Part shown: piece by piece, positions 19,491-20,000 of the stretch
How positions within the stretch are numbered: the stretch's first letter is position 1
Layout of the letters: every line of letters begins with the position of its first letter
From: Veleropilina oligotropha
Taxonomy: Eukaryota
Direction of reading: 5' to 3'
Length of the DNA stretch: 20,000 bases
Assembly (NCBI GenBank): GCA_048128005.1
Contig: JBEUKZ010000095.1
Location: forward strand, 54,104 to 74,103
Position numbers and translations under genes: made by a program
Notes under the pieces: model-generated
Databases searched by the model: none
What the model saw: only the letters and a program-made list of their open reading frames with translations
Told to the model about the DNA's origin: nothing

Positions 19491-20000
19491 AGTTTGTCAC
19501 TGATAACTAGAGAATAATATAATATTGCATTCATGATTGCCACAATAGAACGAACGCACTTCTTCTGTCCGACAGGCCAGTGAATTAACAGGGGCCCGTT
19601 ACGTTGCTTATTGTTAGTCTGTTTTCGTTTGACGATTGGCGCAGTTCATTGTTACTAGATAATATAGACAAGTGAGGACACTAAGGACGGGACACATGAT
19701 GCATCATCCAGACATTTCACTGAATTATTTCATTTGTCAAAAGATGTTGGTTTGAATAGTGACCAATGACCAGCGTGTGCTCTCTACTCTATAACATGAC
19801 GAATAAATTGCAAATTACGCGTTGACACTATCGATAACTAGGTTGTTCAACAAACAATATATTGAAAAATGAACTTGCATACCTCTTGCAAACAATTACT
19901 GTCTAACAACTAAATAAACTGGACACCTGCATGATCCTTCTTCCCGAATTTGACATATTCGAACCAACATCTTTTGACAAATTAAATGATTCGGTGAAAT

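Overview
AT-rich eukaryotic, most likely invertebrate, genomic DNA. The only intact protein-coding gene is a nanos orthologue with an intron-free CDS (18273-18917, +), with a compact motif-rich promoter and an AU-rich 3' UTR. The ~18 kb upstream is almost entirely transposon-derived. It includes a 2.4-kb foldback-like inverted structure (602-3042), a decayed LINE (endonuclease and RT fragments), tRNA-type SINEs with target-site duplications (TSDs), non-autonomous Helitrons/Helentrons and several MITEs. The most unusual structure is a 5,162-bp composite element (4160-9321). It is bounded by two inverted copies of an IS3EU-like MITE and flanked by a single TSD, like a bacterial composite transposon. 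Inside it is a tandem duplication of a hAT-like element, with nested palindromic MITEs whose filled and empty sites are both visible. Superfamily assignments come from terminus and TSD signatures read by eye; no database search was run. Most short ORFs in the track are repeat artefacts.
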